Shown in pieces: positions 45,936 to 53,860 of a DNA stretch of 64,000 nucleotides (position 1 is its first letter; each line of letters starts with the position of its first letter). Both the position numbers and the translations under genes were made by a program. Source of the stretch: a virus (Duplodnaviria > Caudoviricetes); IMG/VR virus record IMGVR_UViG_3300046318_000318; one strand, given 5' to 3'. The notes beneath the pieces are model-generated. The model searched no databases. It was not told the origin of the DNA and saw only the letters and a list, made by a program, of their open reading frames with translations.

Positions 45936-46925
45936 TTAAGGTAAGAAATCACACTTCATCAACCTCAGAAACTTTTCAGTATCTGAGATAGGAAATGAGA
46001 ACCCTGAAGCATTTTTATGCCCACCGCCGCCGTTGTGTTTAGCTATAGCTGATACATCCACATCTCCAGCAGCGTTACTACGAAGAGAAACTATCACCAG
46101 ATCTCTACCAGGGCTGACGATGAAGAAAGCACAAAACGCATACTCATCTTTAACAAGATCAGCCACGTTTGATACATACTTCATATCACAGTTCATAAGG
46201 GCTGCTTTACCCAACTTGGTTTCCACAGGAGTAATAAGTCCTTTCAGACGCTCACATTCTGCTTCGTAGAAGTCAAGCTCCAATGCTGCTTTGGTCCAGA
46301 CGGCTTTAAATTCACTATCTGACATTTCAAAGATCTTGTCCCAAGCTTCAAATGTCATCTCAGCATTCAAAACTTTGTTCCAGATCTTTGTACCGTCCAA
46401 TTTGAAAAGCCACAGATCACGATCTTCTACAGCCAACGCAGCATGGCGCAGTCTAGCAGGAACATCGATATCTTCAGAATCAATAGTTTCCAAAGCCAGA
46501 CCAGCGCCTGAACGATTCTGGATAAGTTTAGTGAAGAACTTAACATCCTTCTCACAACAAATCAGGTCAGGTCTCTGCTCAAGACAAAGATGATTGACTG
46601 TCTTTAGTTTCTCTACGTCAGAAGCACCGTAGATATCAATCGCTGTCTTGTGGTGATCAAGAAACGCCAAACACTTGAGGTTTGGGGATTCGTTGACAAT
46701 CTTAGCCAGATCATCTTTGCTGTAAGAATAGTCGATAATCCAGAACTCTTCTGCGTCTGTAGACAAAGCCTCGTCACCATACTGCACTGGTGTGTACAGT
46801 ACATCTAGACCATCCAACTCAGCTTCCTGGCTTTTAAACCAATGTCTGAGTAGATAAGCAGACATAAAACCATCGGTACAGTTCTTGTGGTACCGAACTT
46901 CAACTTTCATTTTTTCAGACATCAT
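45936..46925 (-). CDS. DHH/DHHA1 phosphoesterase (nanoRNase-like)
   Basis: YHKNCTDG, IIDYS, LDHHKT, GGGHKNASG. Confidence 0.88.
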   Translation of the reverse strand: MMSEKMKVEVRYHKNCTDGFMSAYLLRHWFKSQEAELDGLDVLYTPVQYGDEALSTDAEEFWIIDYSYSKDDLAKIVNESPNLKCLAFLDHHKTAIDIYGASDVEKLKTVNHLCLEQRPDLICCEKDVKFFTKLIQNRSGAGLALETIDSEDIDVPARLRHAALAVEDRDLWLFKLDGTKIWNKVLNAEMTFEAWDKIFEMSDSEFKAVWTKAALELDFYEAECERLKGLITPVETKLGKAALMNCDMKYVSNVADLVKDEYAFCAFFIVSPGRDLVIVSLRSNAAGDVDVSAIAKHNGGGGHKNASGFSFPISDTEKFLRLMKCDFLP

Positions 46926-47070
46926 GATACTTTCTTAAGTAAAACAAAAACAATTGAAATGACACAACATGCGCAAAAGAACCCGAGACTCAGGTATTGC
47001 ATAATGGAGAGTTCCCTACTCCACTTATCCAAATCCTCTTGTTCTTTCTTTGAAAGATTGCGGTAATCGT

Positions 47071-47484
47071 TCATTGGCTGAAGTCCGTTCTTGATTTGAT
47101 CATGTTCTTTGCTGTATCATCATCTGCATTATACAGACGGTCGCAAAAGCACTTATCTATTTCATTCACGACTTTTTCCAATTTCACCCACTGATAAAAA
47201 GCTTGACCGTAGCGCAAAGTTTTACTATCGTGTCTGAAATCCTGAATGACAGAATTGCTAAACGTTAGGCGATCTGTATCACAAACAAAATCATCTTTGA
47301 GTTCAGAGAAACGTTCGTGAGACAAACAGCGGAAATGTACATAGCGATTACCATTTCCGCTATCGTACCAAGCGGTAGTGCGAAGATGAATCAGATTTTC
47401 CACATCGTTACAAACAGGACACAACACTTCTTCATTCACAGTCGCCATTTGACCTGTGAAAATTTCTCTTACAAATTCTTTCAT
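47071..47484 (-). CDS. hypothetical protein
   Basis: 137 aa, CPVC near the N-terminus. Confidence 0.75.
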   Translation of the reverse strand: MKEFVREIFTGQMATVNEEVLCPVCNDVENLIHLRTTAWYDSGNGNRYVHFRCLSHERFSELKDDFVCDTDRLTFSNSVIQDFRHDSKTLRYGQAFYQWVKLEKVVNEIDKCFCDRLYNADDDTAKNMIKSRTDFSQ

Positions 47485-47499
47485 GATACTTCCTTTTGC

Positions 47500-47853
47500 T
47501 TAAACAGATTTATAACGAAGCAGATCCCAAATCTCTTCATCGGTGAGTATCTCATACTCTACCGGTGTGTTGATCTGAGCTTTGATCTTAGCATTTGATG
47601 TCCAGCAATTCTCTCGCTTGTGTTCATGGACACCAGGTCGTTGAAACTCAACAGCTGATTTGAGTTTCTTTTCATCGTAAATGATGGCTATCACACAGGA
47701 CTTGCCGTGCGATATGTGTTTACCCGGACCTTTCTTCGACTTGCCAGAAATTCGATCAGCCCAACAAGCTGCCTCGTTGATATCCCTGGTTACAGTACCT
47801 GGCACAAAACCAGGTTTCAAGAAAGATCGCAAGGTACCTTTATAGAATACCAT
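47500..47853 (-). CDS. hypothetical protein, weak ADP-ribosyltransferase-fold resemblance
   Basis: probable start MVFYKGT; pattern FYKGT...VTRDINEAACWA. Confidence 0.35.
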   Translation of the reverse strand: MVFYKGTLRSFLKPGFVPGTVTRDINEAACWADRISGKSKKGPGKHISHGKSCVIAIIYDEKKLKSAVEFQRPGVHEHKRENCWTSNAKIKAQINTPVEYEILTDEEIWDLLRYKSV

Positions 47854-47994
47854 TTCATAATAACCCAATAAGTTATTGGCTTTTGGGTTTGGTTTACTTG
47901 ATGAAATACCAAGTCTCAAATAAAGTAGATGTTGCCAAAAAAATTTACATAGCCTATACACCCGAGCCATATAGGCCGGGTGTATAGCTGTGTT

Positions 47995-48162
47995 TCATTT
48001 AACGTTTATATAGACCAATAGGAATAAAACCATGACTATTCCTACAGCCAGTACAAATGACTGACCATCAAGAACTATGTCTTTATATTGATCTTCTTCA
48101 GTTTCATAAGCACTCAAGGTACTTATACCAGAAGCTTCATCTTTTTCATTGTTAAAAAACAT
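47995..48162 (-). CDS. 55-aa single-TM protein (not in the supplied ORF track)
   Basis: MFFNNEKDE...FVLAVGIVMVLFLLVYINVK; lies between a gene and a terminator. Confidence 0.6.
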   Translation of the reverse strand: MFFNNEKDEASGISTLSAYETEEDQYKDIVLDGQSFVLAVGIVMVLFLLVYINVK

Positions 48163-48164
48163 GA

Positions 48165-48359
48165 TTATATTTCTGTTGATTTAACAATGATAGATAAGCC
48201 ATCTGGATGATAGCTGGAAGTGCTCTTACAAGCCATGTTGATAGATTCTTCTATAGATTCAAACAGAGGATGATTCTGTCTAAATCTAAGCTGTACGTGT
48301 TTCTCTTTACCTTCGTCATTGACGATAGTTGTATTAAAGACTATTTCGTTACCGATCAT
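48165..48359 (-). CDS. hypothetical protein
   Basis: 64-aa ORF with a 4-nt overlap. Confidence 0.65.
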   Translation of the reverse strand: MIGNEIVFNTTIVNDEGKEKHVQLRFRQNHPLFESIEESINMACKSTSSYHPDGLSIIVKSTEI

Positions 48360-48580
48360 GATTTATCAAACCTCTTTTTTATCTCTCTAAAAACTACCAT
48401 CGATAACACCAGAGCTGAAAATATATTCAGTAAAGGAGCTAAAGACACCACTATCAAAATACCACCTGTGGTAGCACTGAAGTCTACACCTCTCTCATCA
48501 TAAAAAAGATAAGCGCAGATAGCTGTTAGAACAAAACCAAAGATTACAAAAGTCAGATGTGTAGTTATAAGAAATTCCAT
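48356..48580 (-). CDS. small two-TM membrane protein
   Basis: probable start MEFLIT; hydrophobic. Confidence 0.65.
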   Translation of the reverse strand: MEFLITTHLTFVIFGFVLTAICAYLFYDERGVDFSATTGGILIVVSLAPLLNIFSALVLSMVVFREIKKRFDKS

Positions 48581-48744
48581 TTTAATACCGTTGTTGTAGT
48601 TACAGTCAAATAATTTCGGGTAAAAAAATAAGGGCGGGACAGTTTGTATCTGCTTGTGACAACCGAGTCTGGGTAGACTGATCACTTGCATCAACAAACT
48701 GTCCCTAATTAAGAACAAAGCCAACATGAATCGAACATGTTAAG

Positions 48745-49978
48745 TAAATATAACCTTCTACGCAGAATAGCACTGCTCCAGTTAATTTACTTGCCTCTAC
48801 CAGACGGCTTTGTTTCTCTATTTATTACAAGATAGAGAAGGATGTGTCAGTCACCGCATCCAAGATATTTATAACACCGACTCGTGTTACCGGTTTGTCC
48901 AAACCTGGTGAAAGGATAAGCTACATCTGTTTAACTCAATCGCCACATACCCAGTAGTTCAGGTAAGGGTTAAGATGATTGTGCTATAATAAGCACAGAG
49001 CCTTAATACGACAGTGTTTTAATTCATCAACATAACACTGAAGATACCCGAGTTCTCAATAGAGAATCTCGCTGTATTTTTGATGCCTAAGCACTCTAAA
49101 GCTATCTCTCCTAAAATAAGAGATAGCTTATAGGCTGCTCTCTGGGGTGATCAATCCCAAAGTTTACAACTTCCCAAAGATATCATTCATACAGTTCCCG
49201 ACCAAGGGTAGTCTATATAAGAGATATCCATAGGGCGTACGATTTGGCGGTTGGTTAGACCACCTTCTACTCCTTAACAAAAAGTTAAAGGCAGGCTATT
49301 ATCGTGAGCGCACCTCTTTCTATTACACACTTGTGATGTGTTTCGTCCTTGTGTTTAAAGCCTTAGGACTCATCAGATAGATAAGGCTCAAATGAAGTTT
49401 ATGTGGCCTCATTCTTTTATAAAGGGGTTTTCCCATAGCAGACTAAATGACTTCTGTCTATCTAATCTGCTACAGGCAAACACCTGAGTGCTAACTTGTT
49501 ATCATATCACAAAGGTAGATAACCACAACCTATTACAATAAAGACGTGTGAATCGCCTGCTTGCTTTGGCAAGAACAGCCCTCGAAGCTAGAGCCACATC
49601 AGGTCTGAACAATCGTCAGAACACATGATCCCAGGGGATTTAAAAAGCATCAAACACAGTTCTGGGAAACTATGTGCTAGATCGACAGTTTATATTTTCC
49701 TTGTTTTATCAACTAAGTGAAAATACCGATCACTTTATACTGCTCCATCGTGCGTGTATTTTGTTATCACGCTAACGTCCCGATAGTACGTTTACCTAAG
49801 TTACCAATGGTCAATACCTGCACCCTAGCCTTACGCCCGCAAGCGATCTATTAACTTAACTCCGTAATCCGCAATGATATACGCACATTAAGAAATGTTT
49901 ACACACTAGATTTACTAAGCAGCGACTTGTTAGTTACCATTGATACGATCAAGTCTACTCCGGTTTACTTAGGTTAAA
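48745..49978 (-). ncRNA. candidate large structured ncRNA B (about 1.2 kb)
   Basis: no ORF of 60 aa or more on either strand; many hairpins, a long-range closing helix and a 10-bp pseudoknot; starts right after a tRNA CCA. Confidence 0.62.
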
Positions 49979-50036
49979 TGGTACCAGGAACGGGACTCGA
50001 ACCCGTAAGACCCTTGCGGAAGTATTAAGTTTTTAA
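49979..50036 (-). pseudogene. 3' half of a split tRNA-Leu (anticodon loop to CCA)
   Basis: TTAAAA-ACTTA, long variable arm, ACGGG-TTCGAGT-CCCGT, TCCTGGT-A-CCA. Confidence 0.82.
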
Positions 50037-50046
50037 AGTACATGGG

Positions 50047-50355
50047 TGGCCCGCTCCGGAATCGAACCGGAACGCCCCTTACGAAAGCGTCAGATTTTAA
50101 GTCTGATCTCTACCACTGCAGTTTTCACTGCCACTTTAGTGTGTTTGTGGTCTGGACTATCCCTTCAACTACATCCTAAATGTTTAGCTGGGCGATTATA
50201 GTCTCTGCACGTCTTTCTATATTTCTATAGAAATTTCGCTCAGGATTGGCATCAGCAATTAACTGTTAAGCTTTCCCTGAATTTACGCCATTTTACTACA
50301 TTATTTCTAATGTAGGACACATCAAATATATGTCTACCTATTTCATCAGCGGGCC
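50047..50355 (-). tRNA. tRNA-Leu(UAA), interrupted at 25/26; exons 50355-50330 and 50107-50047; CCA not encoded
   Basis: spliced cloverleaf with acceptor GGCCCGC/GCGGGCC, anticodon arm UCAGA-CUUAAAA-UCUGA and a long variable arm. Confidence 0.9.
50108..50329 (-). mobile_element. group I intron, IC3-like (222 nt), at the D-stem/anticodon-stem junction
   Basis: P1 GACAU|/GUGUC with U.G; P10 UUGAU pairs with 3' exon AUCAG; GUAAAUUCAGGGAAAGC, GCCAAUCCUGAGCG, GCAGAGACUA, AAGGGAUAGUCC; omega-G at 50108. Confidence 0.92.
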
Positions 50356-50366
50356 ACCCATGTACT

Positions 50367-50867
50367 CTATTTCTTTTCTAATCTGTAGTATTCTTTCTTT
50401 ATTTCAGTTCTTTCGATGATCACGCCGCCATTTTGAACTTTGGCGCCATAAGAACCTGAACATTTTTTACTACAAAAAGGACCTGCTCTATTAGAAACAT
50501 AATTAGTTATCTGATTTTTACTAGGGGTAAATATTTCCTCACACCCAGCACACTTTACAGGATCCACCTTTACTCGTTTAGCGTCTTCACTTGCGTGAAC
50601 AGGCAGTGTTTTAACAATAAGGTTATTTAGAGAATTATTGGTGAAATTTCTATCGTGATGGTCAACAGTCTCACCGTCTTTTAACTTTTGTTTTAATTCA
50701 ATTTCTTTTAAAGCCTTGGGGTAAGAGATGGTTTTGGTCTTACCTTTAGTCCCCTTAGCAGCTTTTGAATTATTTAAAACAATATGCTGTCGACCATCAC
50801 TTCTGTGATAAGGACCTAAGACGGATGTATATTCTGGATATAATCCAAGAAGTATTTGCTTATCCAT
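50367..50867 (-). CDS. free-standing HNH endonuclease
   Basis: TVDHHDRNFTNNSLNNL HNH motif; C-terminal CAGC...FCSKKC Zn ribbon. Confidence 0.85.
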   Translation of the reverse strand: MDKQILLGLYPEYTSVLGPYHRSDGRQHIVLNNSKAAKGTKGKTKTISYPKALKEIELKQKLKDGETVDHHDRNFTNNSLNNLIVKTLPVHASEDAKRVKVDPVKCAGCEEIFTPSKNQITNYVSNRAGPFCSKKCSGSYGAKVQNGGVIIERTEIKKEYYRLEKK

Positions 50868-50871
50868 GTTT

Positions 50872-50898
50872 TCCCTTTACCGATTTGGGCATCCTGGT
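50872..50898 (-). pseudogene. 5' half of the split tRNA-Leu (acceptor and D-arm)
   Basis: ACCAGGA-TG-CCCAAATCGGTAAAGGG-A; ACCAGGA is the exact complement of TCCTGGT in the 3' half at 49983-49989. Confidence 0.8.
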
Positions 50899-50962
50899 AA
50901 TATCTATATCTCACGTTGCAGTCAGTTAGAATATTTATCACTAAATGATTCTAGAAAAGGAT

Positions 50963-51037
50963 TGGTGCCGGATGTCTGATTTGAACAGACGACCTATCGC
51001 TTACAAGGCGAGTGCTCTACCCCTGAGCTAATCCGGC
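50963..51037 (-). tRNA. tRNA-Thr(UGU), uninterrupted
   Basis: GCCGGAT...GCTCAGGGGTAGAGC...CTTGTAA...TTCAAAT...ATCCGGC-A-CCA. Confidence 0.93.
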
Positions 51038-51099
51038 TTACTCTCCGCATTCTATTACAAACACGAATAAAAAAATACCCTGTTTGACCAGGGGTATTT

Positions 51100-51648
51100 T
51101 CAATTGATACTATCGCCATTAAAGAAATTAGCTATGTGGTTATAGTGTTCTGTGATCTTGAGATTAAACACAGGTACATTATACAAACATGCCAAATCTA
51201 TAGCGATCTTAGTACCGCCAGTTCTTGTACTCGTAGTCCCTCTACCTATATAACCATCTCTGGTATAACAGATAACGAACTTACTAGGATGACTCAAATC
51301 ATTCCCTAATATCTGAAGTACATTTCTACCATAGAGCTTAAGAAGAGCTGGGGACAATTTATCCATGTAAGGACAAACGTTCTCCAGGATTCTGTAAGCT
51401 TCGTTTGGTATGTGATATTGATAATCTAAATCGTTGAAGCCTTTCCAGGGTAGATAGATTTCACAATTCAGTTTATTTCTAACACCTTGGTAGAACGCTG
51501 AGTCTGCTCCTTCAGCACCACCTGAACGCAAGATGTATTGCTTCTGCTCTAGAAGAGCAGCTACTTTAGTCATAGCGTCCAGATAGAACTGAGGAGTATC
51601 TCTGTTACCTATACCTGTGTAGGTACGGTTACTGAGTAGATCAATCAT
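51100..51648 (-). CDS. SLOG/DprA-like domain protein
   Basis: YTGIGNRDTP, LRSGGAEGADSAF, GGTKIAI and PVFNL. Confidence 0.75.
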   Translation of the reverse strand: MIDLLSNRTYTGIGNRDTPQFYLDAMTKVAALLEQKQYILRSGGAEGADSAFYQGVRNKLNCEIYLPWKGFNDLDYQYHIPNEAYRILENVCPYMDKLSPALLKLYGRNVLQILGNDLSHPSKFVICYTRDGYIGRGTTSTRTGGTKIAIDLACLYNVPVFNLKITEHYNHIANFFNGDSIN

Positions 51649-52300
51649 GACCTTCGATCTTCATCAGGATACTGGCTTGAACCATGTCGATAGAACCGTG
51701 ACAATCTATCTTGATGATTTTACCATAGTAGTTATCTGGAAGTTCATTACACAGCTTAGTCACTTTAGACATGAGAGTGCTATTAGCTTCATGGACATCT
51801 TGCTTCTTGTCTGTGTAATCACGCTGACCTTTTTGAAGTACTCGTTCAGCAGCTACTTCTTCTGACAGAGTAAGTACAAAGGTGATGTCAGCTGGTCTGA
51901 GTGCTGAGTGCACATACTCAGAATATTCAGTATACTTTTTCATGTATATAGCATCTTCAGGGTGCTCAGCCAAAGCTTGTTGATACAGAATGTTAGACAA
52001 GATGTACCTGTCTAATACCACGTAATCATTTTCTAACAGAGCCTGTTCGATTACTTTTTTGTGAGCTGCGCGATCAGCTGTGTAAAGATCGGAGATTTCT
52101 GTTCTGGACAGATCTTTACCTTCTCCGTTAAGGTAAGCTGCGATGCACTTACCTGTATCAGATTGATATTGAGGGTAACCAGACAGAAAAACCTTCAAGC
52201 CAAGCTTAGACATATTCTCAGCCAAAAGCTTAGCTTGAGTAGCTTTACCCACGCCATCGATACCTTCGATAGCGATCAACTTCCCGATCTTACTGCTCAT
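51641..52300 (-). CDS. tmk: thymidylate kinase
   Basis: IAIEGIDGVGKATQ P-loop, LDRY, PADITFVL. Confidence 0.9.
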   Translation of the reverse strand: MSSKIGKLIAIEGIDGVGKATQAKLLAENMSKLGLKVFLSGYPQYQSDTGKCIAAYLNGEGKDLSRTEISDLYTADRAAHKKVIEQALLENDYVVLDRYILSNILYQQALAEHPEDAIYMKKYTEYSEYVHSALRPADITFVLTLSEEVAAERVLQKGQRDYTDKKQDVHEANSTLMSKVTKLCNELPDNYYGKIIKIDCHGSIDMVQASILMKIEGHD

Positions 52301-52901
52301 TGATTTGTCCTTTAACAAAGTTGCGTGCTATGAATTCATCTTCGTGTTCTGAAATAGCAGAGAGAAGAATATTCCTCAGAAGCATAGGGCTTTCTGCTGT
52401 ATAGACCTTTTCAACCATATCAAAGAACCCACTTGTGGAAAGCTTATGATGTAACTGTTCAGAATTTGTAAACTCTGGATTTTCCCAGTTATTATCCACA
52501 ACTTTCTTTTTGTACTCATTACAGACCAAGAAGTTATAACGTTGGTAAGGTGACAGGTCCATGATGGGGAGTATACCTGATTTGGTATGATTTTCCCATG
52601 AGTTCATGTTGACCCACTTAGTGACTGAGAAAGTCACTTTGGTCTCACCAGTGATCCAGTCAAAGACATGATACAAAGGTGCGCCTTTGTGGTCTGTATG
52701 AACATGAGTCACGAAACCAACTAAGGGATCTTCCCACGCATCAGACTGATGATACACAGGCATGTAAAGCATATCCATAGCCAGAGTAGCAGCTACAATA
52801 TCCTTACGGGACTGAGTCTCAGTTCGTTCATGCATGACCCCATATTGCTTCCAATCAGCAAGCAGACGATCGAACGATGATTTCAGCATTATTTTGATCA
52901 T
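52290..52901 (-). CDS. hypothetical protein
   Basis: 203-aa ORF coupled to tmk. Confidence 0.75.
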   Translation of the reverse strand: MIKIMLKSSFDRLLADWKQYGVMHERTETQSRKDIVAATLAMDMLYMPVYHQSDAWEDPLVGFVTHVHTDHKGAPLYHVFDWITGETKVTFSVTKWVNMNSWENHTKSGILPIMDLSPYQRYNFLVCNEYKKKVVDNNWENPEFTNSEQLHHKLSTSGFFDMVEKVYTAESPMLLRNILLSAISEHEDEFIARNFVKGQINEQ

Positions 52902-52902
52902 G

Positions 52903-53307
52903 TTACTTTCCTTTTTTGATGATAGCCACGGTACGATCCATGACCAGGGTTTTGCTGTTGTTTGTGTGATAAAACAAACGCCAGCGAGTCGCTAACACTT
53001 TATTGTCCTTCATAACACGCATGTGTTTATCCGTAAAAGCTTTAGCAGGTTCTTCTGAAACCAGTTCAAGTCTCTTACTTTTATCAGAACGTGTCTGATT
53101 GAAGTTACTTAAAACCATGACGTCATATGTTCCATGCTGCCACAGCAATTCGTGAAACATACTTTCCATAGTTATCAACTCAGTCCTGAATTCTTCCTCA
53201 GACTGAAAGACTTCAGCGATGTCCTCAAAATCCATTAAGGAGATGGTTTTGACAAAAGGGCTGTCAACCATCTCTTCTAACAGTTTAGTTTTCTCTGCGA
53301 TACCCAT
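52903..53307 (-). CDS. hypothetical protein (probable start MGIAEK)
   Basis: promoter-leader cassette ends at the ATG at 53307. Confidence 0.75.
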   Translation of the reverse strand: MGIAEKTKLLEEMVDSPFVKTISLMDFEDIAEVFQSEEEFRTELITMESMFHELLWQHGTYDVMVLSNFNQTRSDKSKRLELVSEEPAKAFTDKHMRVMKDNKVLATRWRLFYHTNNSKTLVMDRTVAIIKKGK

Positions 53308-53419
53308 GATACTTTCCTTTTTTAAAGTTGAAATACTGTCAAGTAAAGTAAATAGGATCAAAAAATTATACACAGGCTGAAAAAAAATCCCCTCAGCTTT
53401 TGGCCTTGGGGATTCTCTG

Positions 53420-53674
53420 TCATGCCGTTGCCTTGATAGGCTCGACGTCATGGAAATACGATACTTCCATGATGATATCGCACGCGGCGAACTGACCCTT
53501 GATAGAAGGATCAGCCTTGAGACTTTCTTCAAAGTCTTTGATTAAGAGAGCGTCGACCCTCTTATCCTTAGACAATGAAGAACACATGCGCGCTATCTTT
53601 CGCGCTCGCTGGACCAGCTCAGTAGCCAAACGAGCCAGCTCAATATTGAGCTGTTGCGAAGAAAGTTCTTTCAT
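53420..53674 (-). CDS. hypothetical protein (probable start MKELSS)
   Basis: SD AAGGAG, own promoter motif and terminator. Confidence 0.75.
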   Translation of the reverse strand: MKELSSQQLNIELARLATELVQRARKIARMCSSLSKDKRVDALLIKDFEESLKADPSIKGQFAACDIIMEVSYFHDVEPIKATA

Positions 53675-53747
53675 GTTGTCTCCTTGATGTTTTAAACCAC
53701 CTGACATCTACAGGTTTTCCCAAGATCGGGAACGAACTAGCGATATA

Positions 53748-53783
53748 GCTCAAGTTAAGTATATGTCATTGAAATCTTTTACA
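53748..53783 (-). promoter_or_regulatory. repeated promoter motif (TGTAAAAGATTTCA.T.ACATATACTTAACTTGAGC)
   Basis: 36-nt copy at 63729-63764 with 2 mismatches; partial copies at 27577-27600 and upstream of the chimallin, beta-prime and gp68-like genes; TATACT core. Confidence 0.7.
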
Positions 53784-53860
53784 AAGATAGTCGGGTTTAA
53801 AAGATACACAGAGCCTTACGGCTCTGTGTATCTTAAGCTCTCAGACTCTCACGAGTCAGA

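Noticed and set aside
48745-49978. Group II intron, RNase P RNA or tRNA-linked HDV-like (theta) ribozyme as the identity of region B
   Set aside because: No domain V or GUGCG start, no RNase P P4 signature, and the base after CCA is U rather than G; judged by eye only
50025-50040. UUA (ochre suppressor) reading of the half-tRNA loop
   Set aside because: The 5' anticodon stem is missing so the register is undefined; TT-TAA-AA plus a long variable arm fits Leu
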